DNA of 64,000 nucleotides, taken from the NCBI GenBank assembly GCA_964016885.1, contig OZ024742.1, positions 47,802,001 through 47,866,000 on the forward strand, read 5' to 3'. Positions 27,450 through 46,110 of this stretch are shown piece by piece (the first letter of the stretch is position 1; every line of letters begins with the position of its first letter). The notes beneath the pieces are model-generated. The model was given only the letters and a program-made list of their open reading frames with translations. It was not told the origin of the DNA and did no database searches. Origin of the DNA: Eledone cirrhosa (lineage: Eukaryota). Both the position numbers and the translations under genes were made by a program.

Positions 27450-27987
27450 TAGGGTGTGATGTTGGTGAAGAAGATAATATTGATGACATTGATGCTGGTG
27501 AAGACAATGATGTTGTTGATGATGTTGGTGAAGAAGATAATGATAATCATAATGATAATCATGATGATGTCGGTGATGCTGATCCTGCTGATAATGAGAA
27601 TAGCTTTCATGATATGTTGGAATAAGAAAGTCTGTGTTGGAGACAGTTGAATTTGAAGATGTTGATGATGATGATGATTATGATGGCGGTGATGATCATG
27701 GTGATAATGATGAGTATTCGCAGGAGGATTAATAACTGACAGAATATAATATTTGTGATACTGAGTATGATAATTGTCACCATCACCTTCTTCAACAACT
27801 TCAACATTATTATTAGGATATTGACGTTAATGGGAAAATAAGGTGACATTATGGTGGTGTTATTAAGATGATAATAATACATAATGATGATATAATTAAA
27901 ATAATAATAACAATGATAATAAGAAGTAAGATGAATAAAATGATAATGAGATGATTAATAATGATGATTATGAATTTTAAGAAGGTA

Positions 27988-28042
<55 letters not shown>

Positions 28043-28050
28043 CGATGATG
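27450..28050. repeat. Degenerate and pure (GAT/AAT)n low-complexity region
   Basis: Direct reading; pure (GAT)n at about 27988-28041. Confidence 0.8.
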
Positions 28051-28327
28051 ACAAAGACAAGAAGCAGACAATTAATCATAATGAAGAAGAGTTTGGAAAA
28101 TTTGCACAATTCTTTGAAAAAGGAGCAACTGAGAGAAAAGTAGACAGATGCAGAAAAGAATGTCGTCTGATTGAGGACAGGAAAAGAGAAAAAAATCCTT
28201 TCCAGAAGATGGAGGATAAAGCATCTCAGGAAGAGGGAATTTTTAAAGAGAATTAAAGAAATGTTAACAAAAAAATAATATTGAGAAGAACAACGATAAT
28301 ATAATTATTATCATTGATGTTGTTGTT

Positions 28328-28441
28328 GTGGCGGTATGTGTAAAGCGTCGGACATGTGCGTTTTGTGTTACAGAAAAGTTTATAACAAAGGCTAAAATGT
28401 ATTATTATTGTTGCTGTTGTTGTTGTTAATATTGTTGTTGA

Positions 28442-28493
<52 letters not shown>

Positions 28494-28630
28494 GCTGTTG
28501 CTGTTGTTGTTGTTGTTGTTGTTGATGCTGTTGTTTATGTTGTTATTGTTGTTCTTGGATTGGCGGTATCTGTAGAGCGTCAGACATGTATGTATTTTGT
28601 GTTAAAGAAAAGTTTATATCAAACACTAAA
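28328..28630 (+). repeat. Two ~70-bp direct repeats resembling the SINE 5' head, separated by (GTT)n
   Basis: tggcggtatgtgtaaagcgtcggacatg and tggcggtatctgtagagcgtcagacatg versus SINE gtatcggtagagcgtcagacat. Confidence 0.55.
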
Positions 28631-28644
28631 AAATTTAAAAATTT

Positions 28645-30040
28645 AAAAATTCAGACATAACAAATTCCCCCAAAATAATGATACCTCAGAGGGTCACTCC
28701 TTGAGAAAACCTACAAAATGCCACAGTAACCTTGACCGCTAGGACATGATCTCTCACTCAGTTTTCCTCTTCCAACTCACAGGTGCATATTCAGAGCAAG
28801 CCAATTCACTCCGACCATGCTCACCTCTCTCAGCAACAATTCATTAAATTAGAAGGCAGTGTTTTACTCTCCACACTGTTTTTATCTACAGTTGAAATAT
28901 GAAAAAGTTAGTCAGGTCTTCTCCGAAGGGGAAATTACTTGTATTGAAATATTTCAAACGCGTCTATTTCACGATCTCTTTTGCCATGACCAACACACAT
29001 ATATAATCTGATTGTCCTTTCCATCTAAAGGAAGACAGCGGAGTGATCTTCACGGTCAATTCAGTTCATTATCGGATCCATCACACACGTGATATCGCCT
29101 GTTCCACTGCACTTCCATGCCTGTAGAGTTTATCTCAATCTGATATAGCTCCTCGGTAGCACTGTCATGTCAGACACTTCTGGGAGCTCTCCTTGGACAC
29201 TGTGCCGAAAGTCCTCGTGAAAAGAGAGGCTAGTTGGTTTTCGTCGACTCCCAGATTGTCTCCAAGGGCGTTGTCGTATTTACCCGCCACTAAACCTCTA
29301 TTGAACGCCGTTGTTGAGTTTCCACCTCTAACATTACCCGATTGGATGATGGCTGAATTTCATAATCCTCTGCTACCTGACCACATTTGGCTTTTGTAAT
29401 AGCTCTTGTGACCTCAGCTTCTTAGAGATTAGTCATCGTTCCCAGATGCATTTCTAAGCGTTTTTTCTCTCTCTTCGCTTGACTCAGCAGTGCAACTCTG
29501 TAAAGGAGAAGATTGGTGGAAAACTGCATCTGGGAAACGGCAAATACATCTGTTCACTATCAAGGCAAAGCTGGAGAAAATGTATCAAGAGCACATGTTT
29601 GCGCATCGACAGCCATGGTTTCTTGGCAGCAAATGAGCCACCTTAAAATTGACTGTCACTATTCCACAAAAGGCTAAAGAGAAAACGGTCCAGTGCGGTC
29701 AGACGTGGAGCTGAACGATGCACGACCGTCAGTCGGTAGTAGATGGTGAACGCATTGTACGCGTTGGCATCTCTAATCGACTTTTCGCCCATTTCTGAGT
29801 GAGAGTGGGTAACCTATATATTACCTCGTCCTAGTTTTTATCAATATGGTTGTCTGGACCAAACCAAACACCGAGCAGATTTAACCCGTCTGTCTATCCA
29901 GTGCCCAGTGACGTTGGTGGACAGCGTTCTCTTCCTTCACTTGGCGTCAACCAGCAGGTTCACCGAATTTTCCTGATGTTTATGCCCGGCGGAATACCTG
30001 ATATTTTCAGCCTGACAGTTCTCCTTGAAAGATAGGTTAG
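28645..30040 (-). mobile_element. Degenerate L1/Tx1-like LINE fragment with an internal RTE-derived patch
   Basis: SGPNQTPS antisense peptide shared with the 24881 copy; 3'UTR cataacaaattcccc shared with the 2052 copy. Confidence 0.75.
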
Positions 30041-30115
30041 ATAGAGTACAAACACCTCTTTAAGAAGGGGGAGGTCATCAAATGTGTTCGTGCCAGGTAT
30101 ATATATATATATAGC

Positions 30116-30264
30116 AAAGAGGGTGTGGTAAGATACTAGGTGGACCATATCGCACCAGAGTAGTCGATGCTTGAGGTATTAGAGTGGGTAATATGAAAAG
30201 ATTCAGGACCCCGACGGCTGAGCTTAGGCCGTTTAGAAAGCTAGCTGTCGGGGTCCTGAATTTG

Positions 30265-30271
<7 letters not shown>
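30116..30271 (-). mobile_element. Short (AT)n-embedded insertion with terminal fold-back (probable PLE remnant)
   Basis: Inverted arms 30201-30219 / 30243-30261; related sequence at 8770-8830 also sits in AT repeats. Confidence 0.45.
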
Positions 30272-30321
<50 letters not shown>

Positions 30322-30324
30322 ATA

Positions 30325-30362
<38 letters not shown>

Positions 30363-30366
30363 GGAA

Positions 30367-30421
<55 letters not shown>

Positions 30422-30769
30422 TAGATAGATAGATAGATAGATAGATGGATAGATAGAAGGATAGTTAGAAGTATTTGTTAAACACAAATGCGTTAAACAT
30501 GTGAGTAACTACCCTGAAATTACTCACGAGTATACATTTATCCCAATTATGATTCTGTTTGTTGTTGACTGATAATATAACGAATACCAATAAGACTGTC
30601 ATGCTGTGTGGTTAATTGATTAAAGATTTAAGCCTGGTGAGGTGATGGTATTGTCGTGGAGGATAGTGGAGTACACTGACACATAACCGGTAAGTCGATC
30701 TCATCTATACATACACGCAAACATACGCTTGTTTATGCGTGTATATATATATATATATATATACATATA

Positions 30770-30933
30770 TATATACATATGCATACATATTTCTCTAAAT
30801 ATAAATATGAATATATATACATATGCATACATATATCTCTAAATATAAATATGAATATATATACATATCCATACATATATCTCTAAATATAAATATGAAT
30901 ATATATACATATGCATACATATATCTCTAAATA

Positions 30934-30940
<7 letters not shown>
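30770..30940. repeat. ~46-bp tandem repeat, about 4 copies
   Basis: atatatacatatgcatacatatatctctaaatataaatatgaat repeated. Confidence 0.8.
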
Positions 30941-31011
<71 letters not shown>

Positions 31012-31305
31012 TCTGGTTCACGATTTCACCGAGTTTATATTCATAGAGATCTGGGACTTGTCTATTTCTTCTCACTTTCCGTTGCTTAAACTTTTTTGTT
31101 GTTACCCTGGCGTCCCCTTTGTTTACGTGTCCCAACGACTTTTTTTAGCCGTTGTTCGCACCAACCCGAGGCATATGGCCCTTAAAGCGATGAAATGCCT
31201 AGGACGGTTGGAGGGTCACTGATGAAGGACTCACTTTTTCATATGTATCCCATTTGCAACGCCGCAGCTCCATTATTATCATATTTACATATATATATAT
31301 ATATA

Positions 31306-31427
<122 letters not shown>

Positions 31428-31430
31428 AAT

Positions 31431-31561
<131 letters not shown>

Positions 31562-31867
31562 CATATATACATATATAATCTCTTACACACAAAGACATAT
31601 ATATATATATATGCAGACATTTTTCCTTCTCCCTATCTCATTATTTCTGTCAAAAAGTATAAGCAAAAGAATAAAAATGACATAAAAACCTAAAAAATGA
31701 ATGTTCTTATCAGAAGCTGTGCTCAATATAAATAAACAAGGTAAGAACGCTAGAGAGGGTCTAATTTCCAACTGTGAGGGTGTGACTTTTGGTCTCTTAG
31801 CAACTTTATTTGATTGACTCACGTCTCAGATGGCTATTAAGCAGAAGGCTAGTAAGAAATTGGTTTT

Positions 31868-32025
31868 GTAGTAGTAGTAGTAGTAGTAGTAGCAGCAGCA
31901 GCAGCAGCAGCAGCATCAGTAGTAGTAGTAGTAGTAGTAGCAGTAGTAGTAGTAGTAGTAGTAGTAAAGGTGGTTTTAGTAGTATACTAGTAACAATAGC
32001 AGTGGTTGTTGTGGTTGTGTTGATT

Positions 32026-32087
<62 letters not shown>

Positions 32088-32096
32088 GGTGGTGGT

Positions 32097-32130
<34 letters not shown>

Positions 32131-32212
32131 GTAGTAGTAGTAAAAGTGGTTTTAGTAGTAATAATAGTAACAATAGCAGTGGTTGTTGTGGTTGTGGTGA
32201 TTGTGGTGGTAA

Positions 32213-32259
<47 letters not shown>

Positions 32260-32330
32260 ATAGTAGTAGCAGCAGCAGCAGCAGTCGGCGTTGTAGTCGT
32301 CATTGTCGTAGTAATAGTAGTAATAGTATT
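31868..32330. repeat. Compound (TAG/CAG/TGG/TTA)n microsatellite with a higher-order duplication
   Basis: Direct reading; block gtaaa.gtggttttagtagta..a.tagtaacaatagcagtggttgttgtgg occurs twice. Confidence 0.9.
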
Positions 32331-32342
32331 AGACATTGCTGT

Positions 32343-33760
32343 TTCTTCTTCGCCCTCTTATTCCTGGGAAGGTTGTATCGGAAGCAACCGTTTCCAATTG
32401 ATCCGGCTGGATCCGAAAGTGAGCTCAGGCGAGTGCATGGATGCACTCTGATCATTTCCCTGGGTTCTACCCGAGGGACTCCTAAAAGTTAGTTTTGTCA
32501 ATAAAATCTGTTCAGCGATTCTTTCCTGATATATTTTAATCTTACATCCGTAATATCGGAGCTGTGATTTTACATTTCGGAGATGTAGCGGTTGTAACTG
32601 GAGTTACTCTCTCATTTCCCAACTACGCAATCATGTCAACTTTTTGTAATATGGGATTATCACTACCAATTGCCATTGAATTTGCCGACCAGGGAACATC
32701 TCAGGCTGTATTTTATAAACCCCTGCGACTTATCTACATTTGGCTTCTTTAAGAGCTCTTGTGACCTCAGCTTCTGAGAGATTAGTCATCGTTCCCAGAT
32801 GCATTTTGTGTATATCAGAAGATGCTGTTAAGATTAGGTTTAAGTGATCAGCAAACTATTCTCTCCCACTTGCGAGGATGCACCTCTCTGAAGAGAGAAT
32901 AAGCAGAAGCATGTTCCCGATAGTCAGCCTGGAGAAGGATGTCCTTTTACGATGCGGGCGGATGGCCTACCAGGACAATTTACTTGCTGATCTGAAGTCG
33001 GATTCCAGCTTTAACCCAGAAGTCCTTCCACGTCTTATCATTGGACGCATTTACTGTCTCTGCAGTTATATTTCGCGTCTGTTTATACCGGAAGTGCAAG
33101 AAGCAGAACAAATTACCAAGCCAAGCTTTGTAGCCTTCCTTCTTTGCTCAGGTGACCTGTTTGACCACCCAGCGCTACACTAAGCGTCTTTCGCCTACAA
33201 CATTTAACAGCTGAAGCAGAAATTCCTGAGATGAAATGTCTTCACTCCCTTTCAACGTCCTCAGTTTGTTCTTGGTGTTCTTTGAATCTGGATATAATAA
33301 TATTCTCAAACCTGATCCTGACTTCTTTATCTTCCAGCGCTTCCCATTTTATCCTGTTTGTCGTGATAGACCTGGAAGTCTTCTGAGCTATCTTGCCTTT
33401 AGGTAGTCTCATGTTGCAAATGGTGATCAGTTGACAGCTCAGTCCCTTCCGCAAGAATTTTTAGTATAGAATCGAAGGGATCAGCGACAAAAACAAAGTT
33501 AATTATTGATTGCCATCCACGATTCCTCTTATGTATATTTATGGATTCCGTTATGCTAGGCGAAGATTTCCTAATAGAGAGCCCATTATTTGAACGGAAA
33601 TCTAATAAAACCTCCTCATTCGTATTTATATCGGTATCGTCGTTTCTTCCAAACACGCCTTTCCATATCAGGTGGTCAGTGCCAACATGTGCACTCTGTT
33701 TCCCCTTAGGATATATGACTAAGTCTTACCTATATCTAACTCTGCAGTGACTTCACTGTG
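32343..33760 (-). mobile_element. Internally deleted, degenerate RTE (Rex3/Expander-like) LINE
   Basis: APE motifs GRND..LLDFRSNNGLSI, SIINFVFV, ELSTDHHL; RT start SEAEVTRALKEAKCR*VAGVYKIQPEM; C-terminus QERIAEQILLTK..SGRT. Confidence 0.75.
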
Positions 33761-35094
33761 GAAGTATCTCTATTCGGGCTCTCTAAGTAGAAATTGGTAG
33801 AAATTTTAATTTCACAGAAATGACTAAACTCTTATTAATAAAGAAGTTCGGTCAGTGTTTCACATGCGCGACATTTTTTGTGCGGTTTGAAAATCTGAGT
33901 TTGTGTGAGATTTCATCTTTCTGCGTTTGTGTGTTTGTGTGTTTTCATATATGTAAACGGACATGGTCGTTTCTGTGTGTACAACTCTATGTTTAGTATT
34001 CTGTGTACTGCTGGTTGTAAATCTACATGCGTAGTACGAGCCTTTCATTGGGTTTTGTCTAGCAGATACTTTCACCCATGAGGGCTTTTTCAGATTTACA
34101 TTAGCGGTTACATTCTTAACAATTTGAAGAAGCTAAATCTCACACATAGCCATTCAAGCAATAACGATCATTATGATCATCAACACTTTTATTATTATTT
34201 TTATGGAAACAAAGACGACGATCTGATGTAGTCAATGATGATGATTGTGTGGATGATTGTGACAATGCCAACGATATTAATACAACTATTGCAATCGAAA
34301 TGATGATAATAGTTCGTTTATAATTGGTCCCACGAAACATCCATAGTGTTGATGTAAACTTATAGCTGTCTAATTATATAGCTATTACAAATACAGTGTG
34401 TAGTAGTGTGTATTAGAATTTATATTTCTAGAACATACTACTAGAATCATACATACCTTTCCTGCATTACCATTTATTTGACAAAATCTATCCAATGTAC
34501 ATTTTAAATGAACCCTACGCAGAATATTATGTCTTAAACAACATGTGTACGTGAACTAATGTTACAGAGAGAGGTGAACAAAAAGACCATTTAAAACATT
34601 TCAGGTTATTTACTCACATCTTTTGTATATTCTGATTCTAATGGTCATTTTAACATTTTGAATTCAATAAAAAATAAAAAAAAGATAGCGGTTTGCTACG
34701 TTGTCTGATATCAGATAGATGGTTCGATATGTAAGTATGCATTTCCTCTTAATATAGAAGAAAACAGTAAAGACGGAAACGTAAAACAAATATGAAATAG
34801 AAGATTGATTGGCTAAAAGGAGATGGCAGGTAAAGCACATTTTCTTCAGATGTCGTCACACAGTTACTCAAAATTATATTCATGGCATAAGTCATTCAGG
34901 TGACGACTGCTGTGAAAGAGAATGAGTAATTTTGATGTAGTATACATCAACTAATAAACCTGTCTACGTTATGAACAAAGACCATCCCGCTGTAGGTTTT
35001 AGTAATATAACACGATGCAATTCAAAGAAAAACACTTCAAAAAAGGTTAACAATACACAACGAAGATCGATAACGATGAATCAGAATTTAGGGG

Positions 35095-36026
<932 letters not shown>

Positions 36027-36938
36027 CAAGATAAGCAGAACAAGTAACATTCAACCAATTTTTCAAAATAAATCAAAATTAATTTACAATTAAAATTAAT
36101 CAAAATTAAAAAATATAATATAAATATTTACCTATTCAAATGGCCCTTACTGTACAGTATTACGTTGCAAAACATTATATATCACATGGATATTAATGGA
36201 AAAGCAAAGATCATCAGATAAGCATTTTCCTTTCCTAGGGCTAAAAACCTCAGGAAAGATAAAATATATGACCTCACTCCAACTAATATAGGTCTGAAAG
36301 GTCGTGAAAGTGACCCATAAATACGTTGGGGTATAGTGAAGGCGGGAAATCGTAGACTTGTTGTCTATGTTCGCTACCAAAAAAAATGTTTAGCAGCTAG
36401 ATAGAACGACAGAATTTTTTCTCTACGTAATTGGAGAATAATGAATAAGGTTAATATATCTGATGGTACAATGTACCGCCAGAAATACATAGGGTGTCTA
36501 TGATTTAAGGTGGTTCTATGGTAATAATTTGATATACCAGAACTTAATATCAAGATAAGCAGAACAAGTAAAATTCAACCAATTTTTAAAAATAAATCAA
36601 AATTAATTTACAATTAAAATTAATCAAAATTAAAAAAATATAATATAAATATTTACCTATTCAAATGGCCCTAACTGTACAGTTTAATGTTGCAAAACAT
36701 TATATATCACATGGATATTAATGGAAAAGCAAAGATCATCAGAGAAGCATTTTCCTTTCCTAGGGTTAAAAACCTCAGGAACGATAAAATATATGACCTC
36801 ACTCCAACTAATATAGGTCTGAAAGGTCGTGAAAGTGACCCATAAATACGTTGGTGTATAGTGAAGGCGGGAAAATCATAGACACCCTATGTATTTCTGG
36901 CGGTACATTGTACCATCAGATATGTTAACCTTATTCAT
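36027..36938 (-). mobile_element. Non-coding ~524-bp tandem element (1.6 units) with a 63-bp inverted end, flanked by (AT)n; decayed retrozyme/PLE-repeat candidate
   Basis: caagataagcagaacaag at 36027 and 36551; 36876-36938 is the reverse complement of about 36441-36505; decayed hammerhead-like motif on the minus strand of each unit. Confidence 0.65.
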
Positions 36939-36939
36939 A

Positions 36940-37330
<391 letters not shown>

Positions 37331-37373
37331 GTTAATATATATATATGTATATATATATATGTATATATATATG

Positions 37374-37407
<34 letters not shown>

Positions 37408-37408
<1 letters not shown>

Positions 37409-39997
37409 TCTTTTACTCTTTTACCTGTTTCAGCCATCCGGCTGAGGCCATGCTGGGGCACCGCCCTTGTTGCTACACATTTTATCTCCATCCTGTATAG
37501 GTTGGCCATTGGTGTAGGAGGGAGTTTGTTGCTGCTGCCCTTAGGTTTCCCTCGTGTCTTGCTGTGGGCTCATCCGGGATCCTGGATAACAAGGTGTTGA
37601 GATGTTTCTTAAAGACATCCACCTCCACGTCATGCAAGTCTCGCAGATGCCTCGGCAGCCTGTTGAAGAGTTGAGGGCCCTTGAATCCCAGGCTATTGCA
37701 ATACCTGCTCCTTATTCTAGATGTGGAAGACGGGACCTTTGGCACCACACAGTGACGTCCTGTTCGACGGTTGGTCCAGCTCCCAATGCCAAAATTTGGT
37801 GCTAGTCCCTCCAGGAATTTCGACATGTAGATCACTGCGTATCTCTCCCGTCTTCGCTCGAAGGAGTAGAGGTTCAGTTCCTTCAGCCTCTCCCAGTAGC
37901 TTGTCTCCCTCATCTTGGCAATCCTCTTGGTGTAGCTTCGCTGGATTGCCTCAAGCTCCGTGGTTAGTTTGACACTATGGGGTGACCACAGCTGGGAGCA
38001 GTAGTCCAGGCGGCTTAGGACAAAAGTCCTCCACAGTGTCAACATGGTGTCTCGATCTCTTGTAAGGAAAGTCCTCAAGATCCAGCCAGCGAATCGTCTA
38101 CATGCTGTCGCAACCTTCATGATGTGTGAAGAAAAAGATGCATCATCGCTCATGTCTATGCCCAGGTCTCGTATCGATTTTGACACGGGGATATCTGTCC
38201 CTCCTGGTCCTGTGTAGCTGTGTTCCGCTATATTTGTGTTTGTGTTTGCAGGTTTGTATTGTAGGGCTTGGAATTTGCCAGCATTAAACTGCATGTTGTT
38301 TTCTTCCGCCAATCTGTATATGGCATCCAGATCCTGCTGTAAGAGGGCAGCGTCAGCCGGGTTTTTGATTGCCTGTGCTACCTTACTGTCATCAGCATAG
38401 CTAGTGAGGGATGTTGTTGCATGCACCACAGAGGGCATGTCCGAGAGAGCCACCAAAAACAGTAGTGGTCCCATGACTGTCCCCTGAGGCACCCCACTTG
38501 TTATCGGTGTTTCCCTCGAGAGGGCCCCATTTGCTGCGACCGCCTGGCTTCTGTCCCTTAGGAAGCCATGCAGTCACTCACCTACTTTTCCAGTTATGCC
38601 GAGTCCGTGTAGTTTGTGACATATCATTCCGTGGTCGACCTTGTCAAAGGCCTTCGCAAAGTCAAGATATATCACGTCTACATGTGAGCTGTCTAGTAGT
38701 TGTCTCAGCACCCAGTCGTAGTGATGTAGCAGCTGTGTAAGGCAGCTTCTTCCTGGGCGGAAGCCATGTTGCGTGCTAGTCAGGCGGTCATTTTCTTCGA
38801 GGAAAGTGATTAGTTTCTTTCTGACGACTCGCTCCATGACCTTACTGATATGCAACGTCAGGGAGACTGGCCTATAGTTCTTGGCCTCCGCTCTACTACC
38901 TCCTTTATGGATAGGGCATATTGTGCCTTCTTTCAGCTCCCTGAGTAGTACACCGCTAGCCAAGGAGCTTCTGAAGAGCATCTTCAGTGGAGTTGCTAAG
39001 GCCCGCTTACATATTTTTAGGAGAACTGCTGGGAATCCATCAGGTCCAGCAGCCGAGTCTGTTCTAATTTCATCAATGGCGTACACCACATCCTCCTCCG
39101 TTATGTCTATGTGGTTGATGGTTGCCATTTCTTGATGTAGTGTTGTGGCATCAAAGAACTCCTCTGGCTTCGTTATTTGCATGTGCCTCAGTGGACATGT
39201 GAAGACACTTTTGTACTGTTCGTTCAGTATTTCACATATCTCTTGGGGATTTTCGGTTAATGAACCGTCCGTGTGGAACAGTGGTCCAATCTTGCAGTGT
39301 ACTGAGGCAGTTTCTTTTGCAAATTTAAAGAAGGCCTTAGGGTTTGTTTTAATGTTTTCTATGGCCCTGTTCTCTTTCCTTGCCCTCTCATTCTCATGTG
39401 AAAGCTTGAGTGCAATCTCGGTGTCAAGTAGTGCACGTTTCAAATAGGATTTCCTCTTGTTTTGGTTTTGTTGACTATTCAACTGGTTTGAGAGTTTAGT
39501 TCTACGTCTCATAAGGATTTTCCTATCTCTGGGAATAAGATTTTTGTGTCTGTTTGCCTCTTTCTCCGGGACACACTTTTTGCATATGGTGTGTATCGTT
39601 GTCATGAAGTGTTGAAATTGTGTGTTAGTGTCTTGTGTGGCGATGTTTGCACTCCATGTGTGCTTCCGGATTTCACTCTTAATCTTCTTCCAGTCAGCCC
39701 CGTAGAAGTTAAGGCTGGATAGCGTCCCGGAGCTTCTTGGTGATTTTGTCTCTGTTGGTTCTCTTGGACCACATATCATTAGCTCTACCAACTTATGATC
39801 CGAGAGAATTGTTGGTGTCACCTTTACATTGTGGATGAGCACTTCGTTGTTTGTAAAACAGAGGTCCAGGACATTTTCGCCTCTTGTTGGGAGGAGTATT
39901 GCTTGCTCCATGAACAGCCTGTGTGTGAGGGCCAGCAGGGATTCCGTCTGTCTCTGTTCTATTGACGTCATTCCAGGGAGGAGGTGGCCCTCAGGCC
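37408..39997 (-). mobile_element. 5'-truncated CR1-group LINE (end of APE, full RT, 3' stem-loop tail) inside (AT)n
   Basis: ORFs 38574-39971 and 37482-38492 split by one TGG>TGA; [28 protein letters not shown]; tail tcagccggatggctgaaacaggtaaaagagtaaaaga. Confidence 0.9.
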
Positions 39998-43075
<3,078 letters not shown>

Positions 43076-43128
43076 AAAATATTAAACAAATAATGAACAA
43101 ACAATTCCTTATATTAAACAAAAAAAAG

Positions 43129-43283
43129 TTCACTATTTAACGATCGTTTCTAGGGCATATATGTGTTATAATTGGTATGCATATTTAACAGATCTATGTA
43201 CAAAATTATACAAAATTATACAAATTATCAAGATTAAATATACATACCTAACTCATATATACGCCGTCTTCAGAAATAATGAA
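43129..43283 (-). ncRNA. Long-helix-II hammerhead ribozyme (inverted copy)
   Basis: Reverse complement of 46685-46839. Confidence 0.7.
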
Positions 43284-44799
43284 GTATATTTATTGATAAT
43301 AACAACAATTCAAAATATCAGTTCAAAATTGACCAATGAAAACACAAAGGGTTAAAAGCAGTTTGGTGTGTGTATACACATGCAAAAACCTTACACATAT
43401 TTTACAATAATGTGTGTATAATTTGTATGTGTATACTAAAAAGATGGATGCAAACACAAAATTTCAAGGTTAATATCTCTGTAAGCTTAATGCGCTGATA
43501 AGATACGCAAAGATACTTATGGAGTCAAGCATATAAATATATTTTTTTCATACTCACACATATCAGTATAATCACACATACATGTGCGTATATGCATAAA
43601 TATACACATAACCACGAACATACAAACACACACACTCCCCCACTCACATTTATATATGTGGATATAAAATCATAAGCAAATAGATAATTTTTTTTATTAT
43701 AATTCTTTTACAGATAAAATATAACAAAATAATATCATGTATCCTATGACGGAGAAAGAATTTTTAGTATTATAGACCTAATTAATATACATTTTGGAAA
43801 TATATTTATTATTTGGTTTTAGTTTTAATCAACCTAAAACTTTAATTTTAATTTGCTTAAAATTAGTATCCTTGTACAGACGAATTGCAGAATGTCATGT
43901 AATCATAGAATGGGATGTGTTTTGGATATATACCTAGTTAATATATTCTGTGCAATTTTTTGAAAAAGATATGTATATCTATATGTATATGTATATGTGT
44001 GTATTGTATGTGTATCTGTATGTATATTTATGTGACTATATATGTATGTATGTGTATATATATGTGTATATATATATATATATGTGTGTATATGTGTATA
44101 TATATGTGTATGTGTATGTATATGTATATGTATGCGTATTAATTTTGATTTTTATTTGCATATAATTATATTATGCTATTGATGAAATACAATATCTGCT
44201 TTATGTATTGTATACCTAATTAACATATACTAATTAACCTATACTATTGAAATAAATATATAATTTTTAATTTAGTTAACATATAATTTATATGCTACTA
44301 CCGATGTAATACTTTATTTTATTTTTATTTGGGTTTCTTTTCCCTATTACTAAATTCATCTCCTAATATTGATACCATAACGTTATTAACTTTAATTTAG
44401 TTATAATGTAATTAATAATCTACTACTGTTTGACTTCATAATTTTGCTTCAAATATTATAAACCTAACTAATTTACACCTTGGAAATCAATATGTTGACT
44501 ATCTTTGGTTTAGTTAACATATGATTAATGGTATACTTTTTTATTTTGGGATGCATAGATTTCGTATTTCCTAGCACTGAAAATATGTAAGAACATACAT
44601 TGAATTAAGATACGGAAAATATTATATGTTTCTTGAAACATATATTTACTTTGATCCCCTTCTCCAAACCCCCCCTTTCCCCCATACTATTATCATCTGT
44701 TTTTGTAAGAGTATATGTATGAATATATGTGTAGGTGGGTGTCTATATAGGTTTTGGTATTTATTTCTAAATATAAAAATACATATATGAGCATGTATA

Positions 44800-45288
44800 T
44801 ATGAATGTAAGATTGAGTGTGTATATATGATTGTACATACATGTGTATGTATATATATGTATATATATGTATTATATATGTATGTGTATGTGAATGTGTG
44901 GTATGTATATGTGTATGTATGTGTATATATGTGTATGTATGTGTATGCTTCTATATAGGAATATATATATGTGTATATATGTATGTATATGTATATGCGT
45001 GGTTGTATGTATGTGTATATGGGTTCTGTATATATTCGTATGTCTCTCTATTTATATGTTTATCTTCGTATCTATGTGATATATGTGTGTGTGTGTGCAT
45101 ATATGCATATGTATGTGTTTGTATGTGTTTGTATGTGTGTGTGTATATATATATGTATTTGCGCACACTCACATACACATATATATATATATGTATATGT
45201 GAGTGTGTATGTGTGTCTGTGTGTGTGTGTGTGTGTGTATGTGTATATATGTATGTATATATATGTATGTATGTATGTGTATATATAT

Positions 45289-45326
<38 letters not shown>

Positions 45327-45626
45327 ATATGGGTATCTATGTGTGAATACATGTCTTTATTCGTATGTGTGTATTTATGTATGTATATGTTTAGGTGTAT
45401 GTATGTATGTGTATGTATGTGTGTATATATATATATGTATATGTATATATGTATATGTGTGTATATATGTATATATATATATATATATTATTCTTTATTA
45501 TTATTGTAATATAACTTATGTGTATATGTGTATAAGTGAGGTTGTGTATGTATATATACTATGTGTATATATAAGAGTAATGAAATATATATATATATAT
45601 GTATATATATATGTATGTGCATGTCT

Positions 45627-45666
<40 letters not shown>

Positions 45667-45881
45667 GTGTGTATATATATATATGTATGTGTATATATGT
45701 GTATATATATATATATATGTGTACGTGTGTGTATGTGGATATATATATATATGTATATATATACATGTGGGTGTTTGTATGTATATTTATGGTGGTATGA
45801 GTGTGGGGATATATATGTTTGTGTGTATATATATGTGTATATGTATATATATATATATATGAGTCTATGTGTGTGTGTATA

Positions 45882-45924
<43 letters not shown>

Positions 45925-46110
45925 ATGTGTGTATGTGTTGCGCGTGAGTGTGTGTGTATTTATATCTTTTTATATGTGTATGTGTATGTTCGTGTAAATG
46001 TATGTGTGTGTATGACAGTATAGGTATGTGTGTATGTATGTATGTGTAGATATCTCTATGTGCGCGTACATGTATGTATGTGTATGTATATCTGTATGTG
46101 TATGTACATT
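44800..46110. repeat. Degenerate (GT/AT)n low-complexity tract inside the PLE 3' region
   Basis: Direct reading. Confidence 0.9.

Noticed and set aside
27419-28143. Met/Ile/Asp-rich ORFs
   Set aside because: Degenerate (GAT)n repeat with frequent stops; no domain evidence
31806-32451. Poly-T/S/V/L ORFs as a mucin-like or membrane protein
   Set aside because: Trinucleotide microsatellite translations
36453-36506. Plus-strand hammerhead-like motif CTGATGG..GAAA..GTC
   Set aside because: A9 is absent, four extra bases precede GAAA and helix I is out of register
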